Source of the DNA: a virus
Reading direction: 5' to 3' (one strand)
DNA: 36,000 nucleotides
IMG/VR virus record: IMGVR_UViG_3300002092_000018
Span: 1-36,000 of that record
Part shown: in pieces, positions 1 to 8,132 of the stretch
How the letters are laid out: each line of letters starts with the position of its first letter
Numbering within the stretch: the first letter of the stretch is position 1
Notes under the pieces: model-generated
The model's database searches: none
What the model was told of the DNA's origin: nothing
The model's input: the letters and a program-made list of their open reading frames with translations, nothing else
Program-made: the position numbers and the translations under genes

Positions 1-83
1 TGCACAAGTCGGCATTGGCGCATTGGCTGGCGGCGGCGGGGAAGTGGGCGCACAGATTGCCGAAGCATACGGACAGCCAGAGA
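1..83. repeat. Junction overlap, copy A (identical to 35918-36000)
   Basis: Base-by-base comparison of both window ends gives 83/83 identity. Confidence 0.95.
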
Positions 84-2305
84 AAGTGCAAGAGATTGCG
101 CGGCTTGCTGGTGGTGTCGTTACGCCGGAATTCGGCGGACTGATTCGATACGCCGGAAGCAAGCTGATTGGAAAGGGCATGGGGGCTTCAGTAAAAGAAG
201 CCGCATCCGCGCTTGCTGACGATCTTGGTCTTGACTACAAGGCTCTTTCTCCCTCGCAGCGCAGCTACATCGAAAAGGTTGCGGCTGATATTCGTGGCGG
301 CAACAAGAGTGACGATTCTCTCAAAGCCGTTTATGAAACGCTGGACGAAGGATCAAGGGCAATCGTCAAGAAGTACAGCACTTCTGCGACTGACCTTGAG
401 TTCCAAGCTGAACGCCTGAACGCTCTTGCGGCAAAGGGCGGCACAGATGGGCAGCGCGTTGGCACGATGGCAACGGATTTGTCTGCTGGCGCACAGCGGC
501 TTGTCAAAGAAGCGCAAGACAGCGCGAATGCAATTTTGAGAGCAGCAGAGGATAGGGCAGCAACGATCAGGTCCGAGAGCAAGGCAAAGGGAACTGAGCG
601 TGTCGGCATGGCTGACATTGACGCTCAAGATGTCCTGCAACGTGGCAAACAACGGGCAGATCAAATCTTGCAAGAGGCGAATACTCGCGCAACTCGCTTG
701 CGTGAAGTTGCTGACCGTGCGCGTGAGTCTGCCGGGAAGAGGGTAGAGGGCGCAACGGCAGATGTGTCGAAGGTTGGCGCACCGCAGTTGCCCACGCAAA
801 CCGGGAACAAGATTCGTGAAGCGGTCATGCCCCTGTTTGAAAAGCTGAAAGCAATTCGGTCCGGCAACGCAGAGAAGCTAAAGGGCGAGGCATTTGACTT
901 TGCCGCAATGCTTGAATCAAGCGGGAAATTCGCCAAGGACACGGCTGCATTCAGGGACGCTCTTCAGTACCTTGACGCTGAAATCAAGAACACAACTCTT
1001 GATGTCGTGCGGTCCCCGCTGACTCGCATTCGTGACGCTCTTGAGCGAACCACGGTCAATGATGAAGGGATGGTGATTGAAAAGCCGCCTGTCACGTTTA
1101 GCGGACTAGAAACCATCCGCCGTTTTTTGCGTGACCGTTCGTATGGTCTACCCGCAGAGGGATTCGATGCCATCAACCAACAACAGGCAGGAAAGCTGGC
1201 GCGTCTTGTGGAGGACATTCAGCGCGAGTTCTCGCCAAGCATCGAAAACTTTCTCACGAAGTATGCGGAGGATTCTAAGCCGCTGACCGACTTCAAGACA
1301 AAGCTAGGCAAGTCGATTGTTGGCGTTGAAGATTTTGACATGGGTCGTTTCGTTACGGACCCGGCTGACATTGGCGCAAAGTTCTTTCGCACGGAGTCCG
1401 GGGTAAGGGACTTGATTACCATGTTGGGCGGGGATGTTACCGCTGCTGAAGGGATTGCAAGAGGCTTTGTCATGGACAAGCTGCGCAGTCCCAATGCAGA
1501 CAGCATCAAGAAGTTCATGGACGGTCCTGCCCGTGATTGGTTGACGCAATTCCCCAAGCTGAAAACAGAACTTGAATCGGCTGCACAAAAGATGGGCGGC
1601 GCGGAGTCCGTTGCAAGCAAGCGCACGGCATTGTCATCTTCTTTGCGCGGCAAGGCATCAAGCCTGTTCGACAATGCGCCAACCGCAGCCGGAAAGGTGT
1701 CGGGCAAAGCAGAAGATGAAGCGCAGCGCATATCTCGCCGTGGCTTGCGCGAACAAAGCATTGCCGTTGCCAAAGGTGAGCGCGAAGCCGGGTCCACGTT
1801 GTCACAGGGCGCAACAAAAGCTGGTGGAGAACTGTCGGGCGCAGCAAAAAAACTGAGTGCCGAGGGCGAGAAGATTCGCGTCTTGATTATGGGCGATTCG
1901 TTCCCTGCCGAGCGCGTGAAAGAAGTCATCCTGTCCGGTTCGCCTGAGTTGTGGTCTGAAGTCGGTCCGCTGATTGCACAAAAGCCAGAGGCAAAGAAAG
2001 CGTTTGTCGATGCGGTCCGGCAAGTAGTTGCGGACAAGGCTGCGGCTTCCCCCAAAGGGGTTGTCGATGCGTTCAACCGCAACATTCGTCCTGCCCTTGA
2101 ACAAACCGGGTTGATGTCAAAGGCTGAACTAAATTCCTTGCAAGCAAAGATTGACCAGATCAACAAGACGGTTGACGGTCCGCGCAAAGCAGGGCTGATT
2201 CAACGCGCAATCACAAACGCGCTGACCGCTGAAACGGCAAAGGCTATCAATGCCTTTACCGATCCGTTTGGTTCGATGGCAAGGCTATACCGGAGTTACA
2301 AGTGA
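2..2305 (+). CDS. Large internal virion / ejection protein, C-terminal 767 aa of an 891-aa ORF that begins at 35547
   Basis: The reading frame is continuous across the junction: the codon phase of ATG 35547 matches the phase of 23..2305. The protein is Ala/Lys/Glu-rich and low in complexity. It is the last and largest of four large genes after the tail genes, the position held by T7 gp14-16-type core proteins. No enzymatic motif was recognised. Confidence 0.7.
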   Translation, partial: AQVGIGALAGGGGEVGAQIAEAYGQPEKVQEIARLAGGVVTPEFGGLIRYAGSKLIGKGMGASVKEAASALADDLGLDYKALSPSQRSYIEKVAADIRGGNKSDDSLKAVYETLDEGSRAIVKKYSTSATDLEFQAERLNALAAKGGTDGQRVGTMATDLSAGAQRLVKEAQDSANAILRAAEDRAATIRSESKAKGTERVGMADIDAQDVLQRGKQRADQILQEANTRATRLREVADRARESAGKRVEGATADVSKVGAPQLPTQTGNKIREAVMPLFEKLKAIRSGNAEKLKGEAFDFAAMLESSGKFAKDTAAFRDALQYLDAEIKNTTLDVVRSPLTRIRDALERTTVNDEGMVIEKPPVTFSGLETIRRFLRDRSYGLPAEGFDAINQQQAGKLARLVEDIQREFSPSIENFLTKYAEDSKPLTDFKTKLGKSIVGVEDFDMGRFVTDPADIGAKFFRTESGVRDLITMLGGDVTAAEGIARGFVMDKLRSPNADSIKKFMDGPARDWLTQFPKLKTELESAAQKMGGAESVASKRTALSSSLRGKASSLFDNAPTAAGKVSGKAEDEAQRISRRGLREQSIAVAKGEREAGSTLSQGATKAGGELSGAAKKLSAEGEKIRVLIMGDSFPAERVKEVILSGSPELWSEVGPLIAQKPEAKKAFVDAVRQVVADKAAASPKGVVDAFNRNIRPALEQTGLMSKAELNSLQAKIDQINKTVDGPRKAGLIQRAITNALTAETAKAINAFTDPFGSMARLYRSYK

Positions 2306-2508
2306 AGAAAAAAGACAAGGGTATCAATTCGGTTCTTGAGTCATCTATCGACAAGCTGCTTGAACAGGTAATGAATGATGAGAAGGCAACCCTCATGGAC
2401 AAATGTCGCGTTCTGGACCGCGCTATCAACGTGGAGAAGCTGAAACTCAAAATCACGGAAGATGAGTGGGGATCAGGGTTCATTGCCCCGGAGGATGAAC
2501 AGGAATAA
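2302..2508 (+). CDS. Hypothetical protein, 68 aa, acidic C-terminus
   Basis: The GTG start overlaps the upstream stop (GTGA). It is on the same strand and tightly packed in the late operon. Confidence 0.5.
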   Translation: MKKKDKGINSVLESSIDKLLEQVMNDEKATLMDKCRVLDRAINVEKLKLKITEDEWGSGFIAPEDEQE

Positions 2509-2538
2509 ACTTACAGCGTTTTTAACAAGGGGATAAAA

Positions 2539-2754
2539 ATGGACGTTATTGCGCTGGTGTCGTTGGCTCTGAAGGTTATCTCGGAGCGTTTGCTTGTGAT
2601 TCTGTGTCTGCTGCTTTCGTTTGGTCTGTCGTGTTGGGTGATGTATTCGCCAAGCTACGAACGGCTTGCAACGATGGCATTCTTTTCAATCTTCAGCTAC
2701 TTGTGCATTCGCAATAAGGATGTGAAACATGAAAACCCAAAAACGCCCGAGTGA
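2539..2754 (+). CDS. Small membrane protein, 71 aa, 2-3 hydrophobic segments (possible holin partner, antiholin or immunity protein)
   Basis: RBS AAGGGGA lies 5 nt before the ATG. Hydrophobic stretches include VIALVSLALKVI, LLVILCLLLSFGLSCWVM and MAFFSIFSYLCI. It sits just upstream of the holin and endolysin. Confidence 0.65.
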   Translation: MDVIALVSLALKVISERLLVILCLLLSFGLSCWVMYSPSYERLATMAFFSIFSYLCIRNKDVKHENPKTPE

Positions 2755-2947
2755 CATCAATCAACAACCCTCAACTGCGGTCCGTCCGCCGCTTCCCCGT
2801 GATGGGAGCATGGATGGGTGCAACCGATTCACTCCCGGCAAGATACCGCATGGAGGCCTGACAACGGTGTGGGGCTTCGGTCCCAAGAACACCAAAGACT
2901 CCAGCACTTCCAAGCCGGGGAATGCTGGCGGCAAGCGCATCATCTAG
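2729..2947 (+). CDS. Hypothetical basic Pro/Gly-rich protein, 72 aa (uncertain)
   Basis: It is the only same-strand ORF filling 2755-2959. RBS-like AAGGATG precedes the ATG, and it overlaps the previous gene by 26 nt. No signal peptide or lipobox is present. Confidence 0.35.
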   Translation: MKTQKRPSDINQQPSTAVRPPLPRDGSMDGCNRFTPGKIPHGGLTTVWGFGPKNTKDSSTSKPGNAGGKRII

Positions 2948-2959
2948 GCGGGGACGGAC

Positions 2960-3463
2960 ATGGATTGGAAAGAACTAGGCACAGCAGTTGCCAAAATCGG
3001 ATTGCCCCTGCTTGGGGCGGTTTTACCAATCCCCGGTGGCGCGGCTATCGGGTCCGCCCTCGCAGCCGCTATCGGCGCACCAAGCGGTCAGCCACAGGAC
3101 ATTCTTGCTGCTTTGACTTCAAGCGCGGAAGCGGTCCAAAAAGCCAAAGAGTTTGAAGCGCGGCATGAAGAAACCATGCTTCAGATGCAAGTCAACGCAG
3201 ACATTGCAGAGGCGCAAGAAGTTACTAAACGCCAGCAAGCGGACATGGCTTCTGATTCATGGCTTGCCAAGAACATCCGTCCGATGACGCTGATTGCAAT
3301 CCTTGTCGGCTATTTCGTATTCGCCATGATGTCAGCCTTTGACAAGCCAGCCGATCCCGAATACATCAAACTGCTTGGTCAATGGGGGATGCTAATCATG
3401 TCGTTTTATTTCGGCGGCAGGACACTTGAAAAAATTGTTGGCATGAGGGAACAAACCAAATGA
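2960..3463 (+). CDS. Holin, GTA-type 3-TM holin family-like
   Basis: The Gly/Ala-rich hydrophobic N-terminus is DWKELGTAVAKIGLPLLGAVLPIPGGAAIGSALAAAIG. A charged helical linker follows, then C-terminal TM segments (RPMTLIAILVGYFVFAMM, WGMLIMSFYFGG). This matches the architecture I recall for the holin-of-3TMs family. The stop overlaps the endolysin start (ATGA). Confidence 0.7.
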   Translation: MDWKELGTAVAKIGLPLLGAVLPIPGGAAIGSALAAAIGAPSGQPQDILAALTSSAEAVQKAKEFEARHEETMLQMQVNADIAEAQEVTKRQQADMASDSWLAKNIRPMTLIAILVGYFVFAMMSAFDKPADPEYIKLLGQWGMLIMSFYFGGRTLEKIVGMREQTK

Positions 3464-3972
3464 TCGACTTTGACAAATCGTTTGCGCGGCTCATCAATTC
3501 TGAGGGCGGCTTCAGCAACAATCCTGCGGACGATGGCAACTGGACCGGGGGGCGGCAAGGGCTGGGCGAACTCAAGGGAACAAAGTACGGAATTGCTGCG
3601 GCAAGTTATCCGTATGTCGACATCGAGAATCTGACGCTGGAAGCCGCCAAAGCAATTTACAAGCGTGACTTTTGGGACATCCTTGGGGATGCGGATGGGG
3701 CAATCAAATATCAATTGTTTGATGCGTCCGTAAATCATGGTCGACCAAACGCAATTCGGTTTCTGCAACGCGCTATCGGGGTTGCGGACGATGGTGACTT
3801 TGGACCGCATTCACTCGCCGCCTTGCAAGCAATGGAAAAGAACGATGTCTTGTTCCGGTTCCTTGCCTACAGGTTCAAGTTTTGGGCTGCGCTCAAAAAG
3901 TTCGATACTTTCGGGCGAGGATGGGTCAACCGGGGCGCAGATGACCTTTTGTATGCGTCAGAGGACAACTAA
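3460..3972 (+). CDS. Endolysin, glycoside hydrolase family 108 lysozyme with C-terminal peptidoglycan-binding repeat
   Basis: The N-terminal motif LINSEGGFSNNPADDGNWTGG...GTKYGI resembles the GH108 EGGY-type catalytic signature. The C-terminal VADDGDFGPHSLAAL resembles a PG_binding_3-type motif. Confidence 0.85.
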   Translation: MIDFDKSFARLINSEGGFSNNPADDGNWTGGRQGLGELKGTKYGIAAASYPYVDIENLTLEAAKAIYKRDFWDILGDADGAIKYQLFDASVNHGRPNAIRFLQRAIGVADDGDFGPHSLAALQAMEKNDVLFRFLAYRFKFWAALKKFDTFGRGWVNRGADDLLYASEDN

Positions 3973-3996
3973 GGCAGGGTTTTCCCTACCTTTTGC
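3971..3996. terminator. Shared hairpin between the convergent endolysin (+) and methyltransferase (-) genes; putative bidirectional terminator
   Basis: AAGGCAGGG-TTTT-CCCTACCTT forms a 9-bp stem with one mismatch, followed by TTTTG on the plus strand. The hairpin overlaps both stop codons (3970-3972 and 3986-3988). Confidence 0.55.
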
Positions 3997-4561
3997 GGAT
4001 AGCGACTTGGCTTGACAGCAGAATCAGGTCGCTTTTTTCGCTGAAGATGGTCGTAAACAGGTCTATGGCGATTTTGGGGCGGTTTAGCAGTCCGGGCATA
4101 TCGTTCCATAGGTAGTCATCAAAAAGCAGCACACCGCCCGGTTTCGTCAGCCCAAACGCCATTACAGCATCCGTCAGAACGTCCGGGGCGGCATGGCTTC
4201 CGTCCACATAAACAAAATCGAATTGACGCGCCGCAGCAATTTGCTCTGCCATGCCCAAGTAAGAGGGTCCGGCAAAGGCGCGAACGGTTTGCGTTTCCTT
4301 GCGGACCCATTCGACATTCTTGCGCCACGTTTCAAAGAGATTGTTCAGGTTCAAACAGGTATGCTCTGCGGACCCCTCAAAGGTGTCCAGACAAACCAAT
4401 TCCCCATCTTGAGTAAGCATATTCTCAAGCATCCAGCACGTTGAACGTCCCTCAAATGCGCCTATCTCAAGGATGCGCCTTACAGGTCCACCCATGACTT
4501 GTTTGATAGCCTCAAAGTGAGGGATATTGTGCGAGAACCAATCTTGCGAGAATTGGAGCAT
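3986..4561 (-). CDS. Class I SAM-dependent methyltransferase (Methyltransf_24 / O-methyltransferase-like, not a DNA MTase)
   Basis: The SAM-binding motif is RILEIGAFEGRSTCWML, and the second motif is FDFVYVDGSHAAPDVLTD...KPGGVLLFDDY. No DPPY or PC-type DNA methyltransferase motifs are present. RBS is AAGGACAGG. Confidence 0.8.
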   Translation of the reverse strand: MLQFSQDWFSHNIPHFEAIKQVMGGPVRRILEIGAFEGRSTCWMLENMLTQDGELVCLDTFEGSAEHTCLNLNNLFETWRKNVEWVRKETQTVRAFAGPSYLGMAEQIAAARQFDFVYVDGSHAAPDVLTDAVMAFGLTKPGGVLLFDDYLWNDMPGLLNRPKIAIDLFTTIFSEKSDLILLSSQVAIRKR

Positions 4562-4579
4562 TCCTGTCCTTTGTTTTGA

Positions 4580-5371
4580 CTACGGTGCGGGTACAAGCCG
4601 CCCATCGAACTGATATGAACCAATATGGCTCAAGACAGCCCACGGTGCGCCATAAATCTTGCCGCCGATCTTGCGGTATTGAGCGCAAAAGTGATAATCC
4701 TCAGACAGCAAGCGATTCGTACCCTCTTCAATGCTGGTAGAAAAGTATTCGTGAATCTCTTCCCGCGCCTGAAGTGTGTTGCCCAAGTCGGCAACATCGT
4801 TGTTATAAAAAGGAGTGTGCGGCTTGAGTTCTTCAAACACGTTTCGCTTGATGAGCAGAAAGCCTGTGCCAGCGTTTTGAATCTCGACAGGCTCATTGAC
4901 AGGCACGGTAACGCTTGGCGCATAGTCAACAAGGTTAACGACAAACGAACCCGTGTGATGCTTGAGTTGATCGTCAGGAACACCGCTGGCGATTGCTTGA
5001 CGGACCGATTGCCAATTGATTTCCTTCTTGGGATAGATGCCGCCAATAACATCCTTGTTGGCAGCAAGCATCCCAACAATGTCCATTGCATTGAAACTTA
5101 TGTCCGCATCAATGAACATCAGGTGAGTCGCATCCGACTTGAGAAACGCTTGCGCCAGCGCATTACGAGCGCGGGTAATCAGCGATTCGTTGTACATGAA
5201 TGACATGACGGATTCGATGCCGTGCTGCGCCAGCACTTGCGTTGCGTTGATGATCCCTTGGCAGTACGCGCCAGTACAAACGCCGCCATACATGGGCGTT
5301 GCAATCAGGACCTTGGGGCGCGACAAGACTGCGGGTTGTTCTTGCGCCGGGGTAAGGGATTCGTCCATCAT
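4580..5371 (-). CDS. Glycosyltransferase, GT-A fold-like (DxD = DAD)
   Basis: Features are KVLIATPMYGG, NESLITRARN and THLMFIDADISF (the DxD motif), then IGGIYPKK. The architecture resembles family-2-like nucleotide-sugar transferases. The start overlaps the upstream stop (ATGA). Confidence 0.7.
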   Translation of the reverse strand: MMDESLTPAQEQPAVLSRPKVLIATPMYGGVCTGAYCQGIINATQVLAQHGIESVMSFMYNESLITRARNALAQAFLKSDATHLMFIDADISFNAMDIVGMLAANKDVIGGIYPKKEINWQSVRQAIASGVPDDQLKHHTGSFVVNLVDYAPSVTVPVNEPVEIQNAGTGFLLIKRNVFEELKPHTPFYNNDVADLGNTLQAREEIHEYFSTSIEEGTNRLLSEDYHFCAQYRKIGGKIYGAPWAVLSHIGSYQFDGRLVPAP

Positions 5372-5745
5372 TCTTCCTCTACAAGGTCGATCAGTTGCGA
5401 CAGGGTTGCGTGAGTCGAAATAAGTTCGCCCGGAGTAGATGGCCCCATGAATTGAATGTAAGCCCCAAGCGCATCACGATCCGCTTTTGCTTGCCGGATC
5501 AGGGAGCATTGATGGCAGTTGCAGGAGTTGTCAACCAAGCGCAAATCCATGACGCTTGGCTCTTGCGTAAGCTGGTACGTTCCATCTTCATAGGCAGTTT
5601 CAACCTTGCCTTGGTGAATGAACACAACAGGCTGTCCAACGCCCTCATTGGGGACCCATGCGATCACTTTGACCGGGGTCCCTTGCGAGTTGACAACGGC
5701 TGCGCCAGCAAGCGCGGCAACGATATTGAATGGAAGAGTTTTCAT
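5368..5745 (-). CDS. Hypothetical protein, 125 aa, hydrophobic N-terminus and internal CxCxxC
   Basis: RBS GAGGAAATCAA precedes the ATG. It is the first gene of a tightly coupled three-gene cassette with the GT and MT genes. The N-terminus MKTLPFNIVAALAGAAVV could be a signal sequence. Confidence 0.6.
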   Translation of the reverse strand: MKTLPFNIVAALAGAAVVNSQGTPVKVIAWVPNEGVGQPVVFIHQGKVETAYEDGTYQLTQEPSVMDLRLVDNSCNCHQCSLIRQAKADRDALGAYIQFMGPSTPGELISTHATLSQLIDLVEEE

Positions 5746-5883
5746 TTGATTTCCTCAGTCAGTTAAGTGGTGTCCCCTGCCCATATCCACCGGGGGACGC
5801 GATGTTCCTAACCCCACTTGCTGAAGGTGGCTGCGACAGGCTCACAGTAGAGGACCACTACCCTTGCGGGTAACAGACAGCGA
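5746..5883 (-). promoter_or_regulatory. Structured 138-nt intergenic spacer separating the recombination module from the 125aa-GT-MT cassette
   Basis: The hairpin TACCC-GCAA-GGGTA (minus strand, 5859-5872) lies 12 nt after the nuclease stop. The stem GTCCCC/GGGGAC (5772-5798) is nested inside AAGTGG/CCACTT (5765-5819). No ORF is present. Confidence 0.5.
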
Positions 5884-6201
5884 CTACGATATATCCTCGA
5901 CACGCAAAACGTAAAACCCTTTACTGTTCTTGCGCCAGCCGTGGACTTCAATTCTTACCCCTGCATCACGCACGATAGCGAGAGTATCAGAAGCCATGAT
6001 CTTCTTGATGCGCTCCGACACTCCGCTTGCCGTGACTTGTACCGCTAGAACTTCGCCCTTTCTTAGGCAAAGCAAATCGCACCATCCCCATAGGTCTTGA
6101 CGGATTCTGGCAAACGGATTCCAACGCTCAACAACGTCTACCCTGTAGCCCATTTCTTTTAGGTGGGCAATGCTGCGCTGAGTCGGAGTTAGTTTAGCCA
6201 T
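5884..6201 (-). CDS. Small PD-(D/E)xK-like nuclease (Holliday-junction-resolvase-like), 105 aa
   Basis: The pattern GYRVDVVERW...RQDLWGWCDLLCL...VLAVQVT...IEVHGW resembles a small phage nuclease/resolvase family. It follows the exonuclease, RecT and SSB-like genes. Confidence 0.5.
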   Translation of the reverse strand: MAKLTPTQRSIAHLKEMGYRVDVVERWNPFARIRQDLWGWCDLLCLRKGEVLAVQVTASGVSERIKKIMASDTLAIVRDAGVRIEVHGWRKNSKGFYVLRVEDIS

Positions 6202-6230
6202 ACCACCATCAAGAAAAATGGGTTTCTGGA

Positions 6231-6524
6231 TTAGAACGGAATGTCATCATCACCAACGCTGGACCGATCTTCCCTTGGCGCATTACGATCCGCGCCAAAC
6301 TTGGATGCGTGGCTTGCCGGATCATAGTTGCTTTCCATGATGTAGACAAAATCGCGTCCGCCTTTAGTCTTGCGAATGTATGCCATCAGCTTGATCTTGT
6401 CCCCGGCGCGATAGTCCCTTGTGAGGACCATATCACCAACCAAGTCGGGGTGCGTTTCTTTTTTCTTGAACTTGTTTTCAAACAAGTAGCAAGTCCCATC
6501 TTTAACGGTAAATGTGTCAGCCAT
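6231..6524 (-). CDS. Compact SSB-like protein or SSB C-terminal-tip mimic, 97 aa, ending in DDDIPF
   Basis: The last six residues, DDDIPF, equal the conserved bacterial SSB C-terminal tip. A roughly 70-aa basic, beta-rich core is followed by a disordered acidic linker. It lies directly downstream of the RecT-like gene. Confidence 0.6.
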   Translation of the reverse strand: MADTFTVKDGTCYLFENKFKKKETHPDLVGDMVLTRDYRAGDKIKLMAYIRKTKGGRDFVYIMESNYDPASHASKFGADRNAPREDRSSVGDDDIPF

Positions 6525-6526
6525 GA

Positions 6527-7465
6527 TTACACCGCATCAGGGGTTGCAACAAACTCGTTGGAACGCCGCAAGTCATGCACAACTGCACCTGTTCCGCCCG
6601 TGTCGATCATTTGGGAAATTGCGATACGGTCTGTCATGGGAAGCGTCATCTTCGTTGCTTCGTTGACCTTGCGGAATGCGTTGATTTTTTCCTGCTTAAC
6701 ATCAGGCTTGAATTTTTCGCTGCCCATGATGCGATTGACCATGTTGACATAGGCAACGCACCATTCCGCCGCCGTGTCGTGATGAGAAAACACCGTGCCA
6801 TCTGGAAGCATAAGTTGATACGCAATACCCTCCGTATCGTCCTTGATGTCTGCCAGCGTTTGCGTGGTGAAGTCCTCTTTGTAATCCGCAACAGGCTCTT
6901 CACCGTAAACAGGATCAATCGCGGTAGGTTCCGCGACTCGCGTGATGGGCGTTATGTTTCCCATGTCGATTTCTTTACCCTTGCGCGGAGGATCAAACTC
7001 GGAAACCTCTTCAACCGAATACTGCCCCAACATACAAGCGGGATACACAGAACGAACGCCACGCGCAATGCACCGCGCCCGTAGCATATCCTCGGGGTAC
7101 TTCTCCCATCCGCTACCCGGACGCGCCAAACCCGCCTGACGCGCCATTTCGATTGTCCACTCAACGGTAAGAGTTCCGCCAGATTCGTGCGAGAACGTAC
7201 CGACACACTTTTTGGGGGTCATTTCACCCCATTGAACCTTGCCGCCCGATTGCTGGAAGCGCGACAGGATAGCTTGCGTCTTTAACGCAGGGCGACCTTG
7301 AATAACGTCATATTCCTGAACAACCGTAGCAATATGCTTTCCTTCGGCTTCAGCAACAAACATCAGCGCAAGGACTTGTTCACGGGTCTTGAATCCGTAA
7401 AAGCCGGACTTAACGATTGCGTCAGCCATAGACGCTTTATCTTGAAAAGGCACGAGATTGCTCAT
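6527..7465 (-). CDS. recT: RecT-family single-strand annealing protein with C-terminal extension
   Basis: Motifs include KSGFYGFKTREQVLALMFVAEAEG, IQGRPALKTQAILSRF and WEKYPEDMLRARCIARGVRSVYP. These resemble the RecT/annealase core. It is paired with a YqaJ-type exonuclease. RBS is AGAGGAAAAACC. Confidence 0.7.
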   Translation of the reverse strand: MSNLVPFQDKASMADAIVKSGFYGFKTREQVLALMFVAEAEGKHIATVVQEYDVIQGRPALKTQAILSRFQQSGGKVQWGEMTPKKCVGTFSHESGGTLTVEWTIEMARQAGLARPGSGWEKYPEDMLRARCIARGVRSVYPACMLGQYSVEEVSEFDPPRKGKEIDMGNITPITRVAEPTAIDPVYGEEPVADYKEDFTTQTLADIKDDTEGIAYQLMLPDGTVFSHHDTAAEWCVAYVNMVNRIMGSEKFKPDVKQEKINAFRKVNEATKMTLPMTDRIAISQMIDTGGTGAVVHDLRRSNEFVATPDAV

Positions 7466-7785
7466 GGTTTTTCCTCTTGGTCAGGTGTTGCCGTGTTGAA
7501 ATTCAAACTCTTTCCTACCCGGCAGAAAAAATGATAATTCCGTCTAAAGTACCGCTTGTCATTTTCATTGATCGAAAGGAACTGCCCCGGCTTTTTCATC
7601 TGAGCAATTAGATGCTCTCTGAAGCTGCCGGGGTCAATATCCAAAAGAATCAAATAACCGTCAGCGTGGTTAAAAAGAAAATTGACTGCTTCAAGTGAAC
7701 CATCCCTGCGAGAAGTGCAAGCCGCCTTTATTGCGGACACGATGACCGCAGACAAAAGATGATTGCAAGCCTCGGTTTGATTCAC
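7462..7785 (-). CDS. Hypothetical protein, 107 aa
   Basis: It has a GTG start with AAGG upstream. It fills the gap within the recombination operon, and its stop overlaps the recT start. Confidence 0.5.
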   Translation of the reverse strand: MNQTEACNHLLSAVIVSAIKAACTSRRDGSLEAVNFLFNHADGYLILLDIDPGSFREHLIAQMKKPGQFLSINENDKRYFRRNYHFFCRVGKSLNFNTATPDQEEKP

Positions 7786-7794
7786 GGCAGGGCC

Positions 7795-8121
7795 TTACGC
7801 CGCTTCTTTCTTGCTGCGAAAGCGTCCATTGCTGGCGCGTTCTTCGGCTTGCTGCTCCGTTTCCGGTTCAGCGGCAGCGGCTTCCGGTTCCGGTTCCTTG
7901 ACTTCGGCAGCGGGTTTGCCAGCGGCTTCCCATTGCTTGTAGGCATGAACGCTTGCGGAAGCGATACTTGCCGCCGCGCCGGACTTGTAGATGTTTTGGT
8001 CGCTGTCAATGAACGCCTGAACATCCGCCGAATTGTCGATCACGGATTGATGCGCGAGTGCTTCGGATTCGGTGAAAAAAACCTCACCGTCAGAAGTCTT
8101 GAATGCCTGTACGAGTTCCAT
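7795..8121 (-). CDS. Hypothetical protein, 108 aa, with a Glu/Pro/Ala-rich tail
   Basis: I prefer the start at MELVQAF (8121), which has RBS GAGGAA 7 nt upstream. The track start at 8136 overlaps the exonuclease stop. Confidence 0.55.
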   Translation of the reverse strand: MELVQAFKTSDGEVFFTESEALAHQSVIDNSADVQAFIDSDQNIYKSGAAASIASASVHAYKQWEAAGKPAAEVKEPEPEAAAAEPETEQQAEERASNGRFRSKKEAA

Positions 8122-8132
8122 CTTGAATTTCC

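Noticed and set aside
1219-2187. A 322-aa minus-strand ORF, plus several other antisense ORFs inside the late arm (for example 21822..22583, 20579..21118, 33289..33792 and 34351..34788).
   Set aside because: They lie entirely inside long, well-supported plus-strand genes. They have no RBS, and their Arg/Ser/Ala/Cys-rich composition is typical of out-of-frame reading of GC-rich codons. I treat them as shadow ORFs.
5746-5883. A possible tRNA or tRNA-like gene in the structured spacer. I also looked for tRNAs across the whole window.
   Set aside because: No cloverleaf geometry and no T-loop GTTCRANNC motif was found here or elsewhere.
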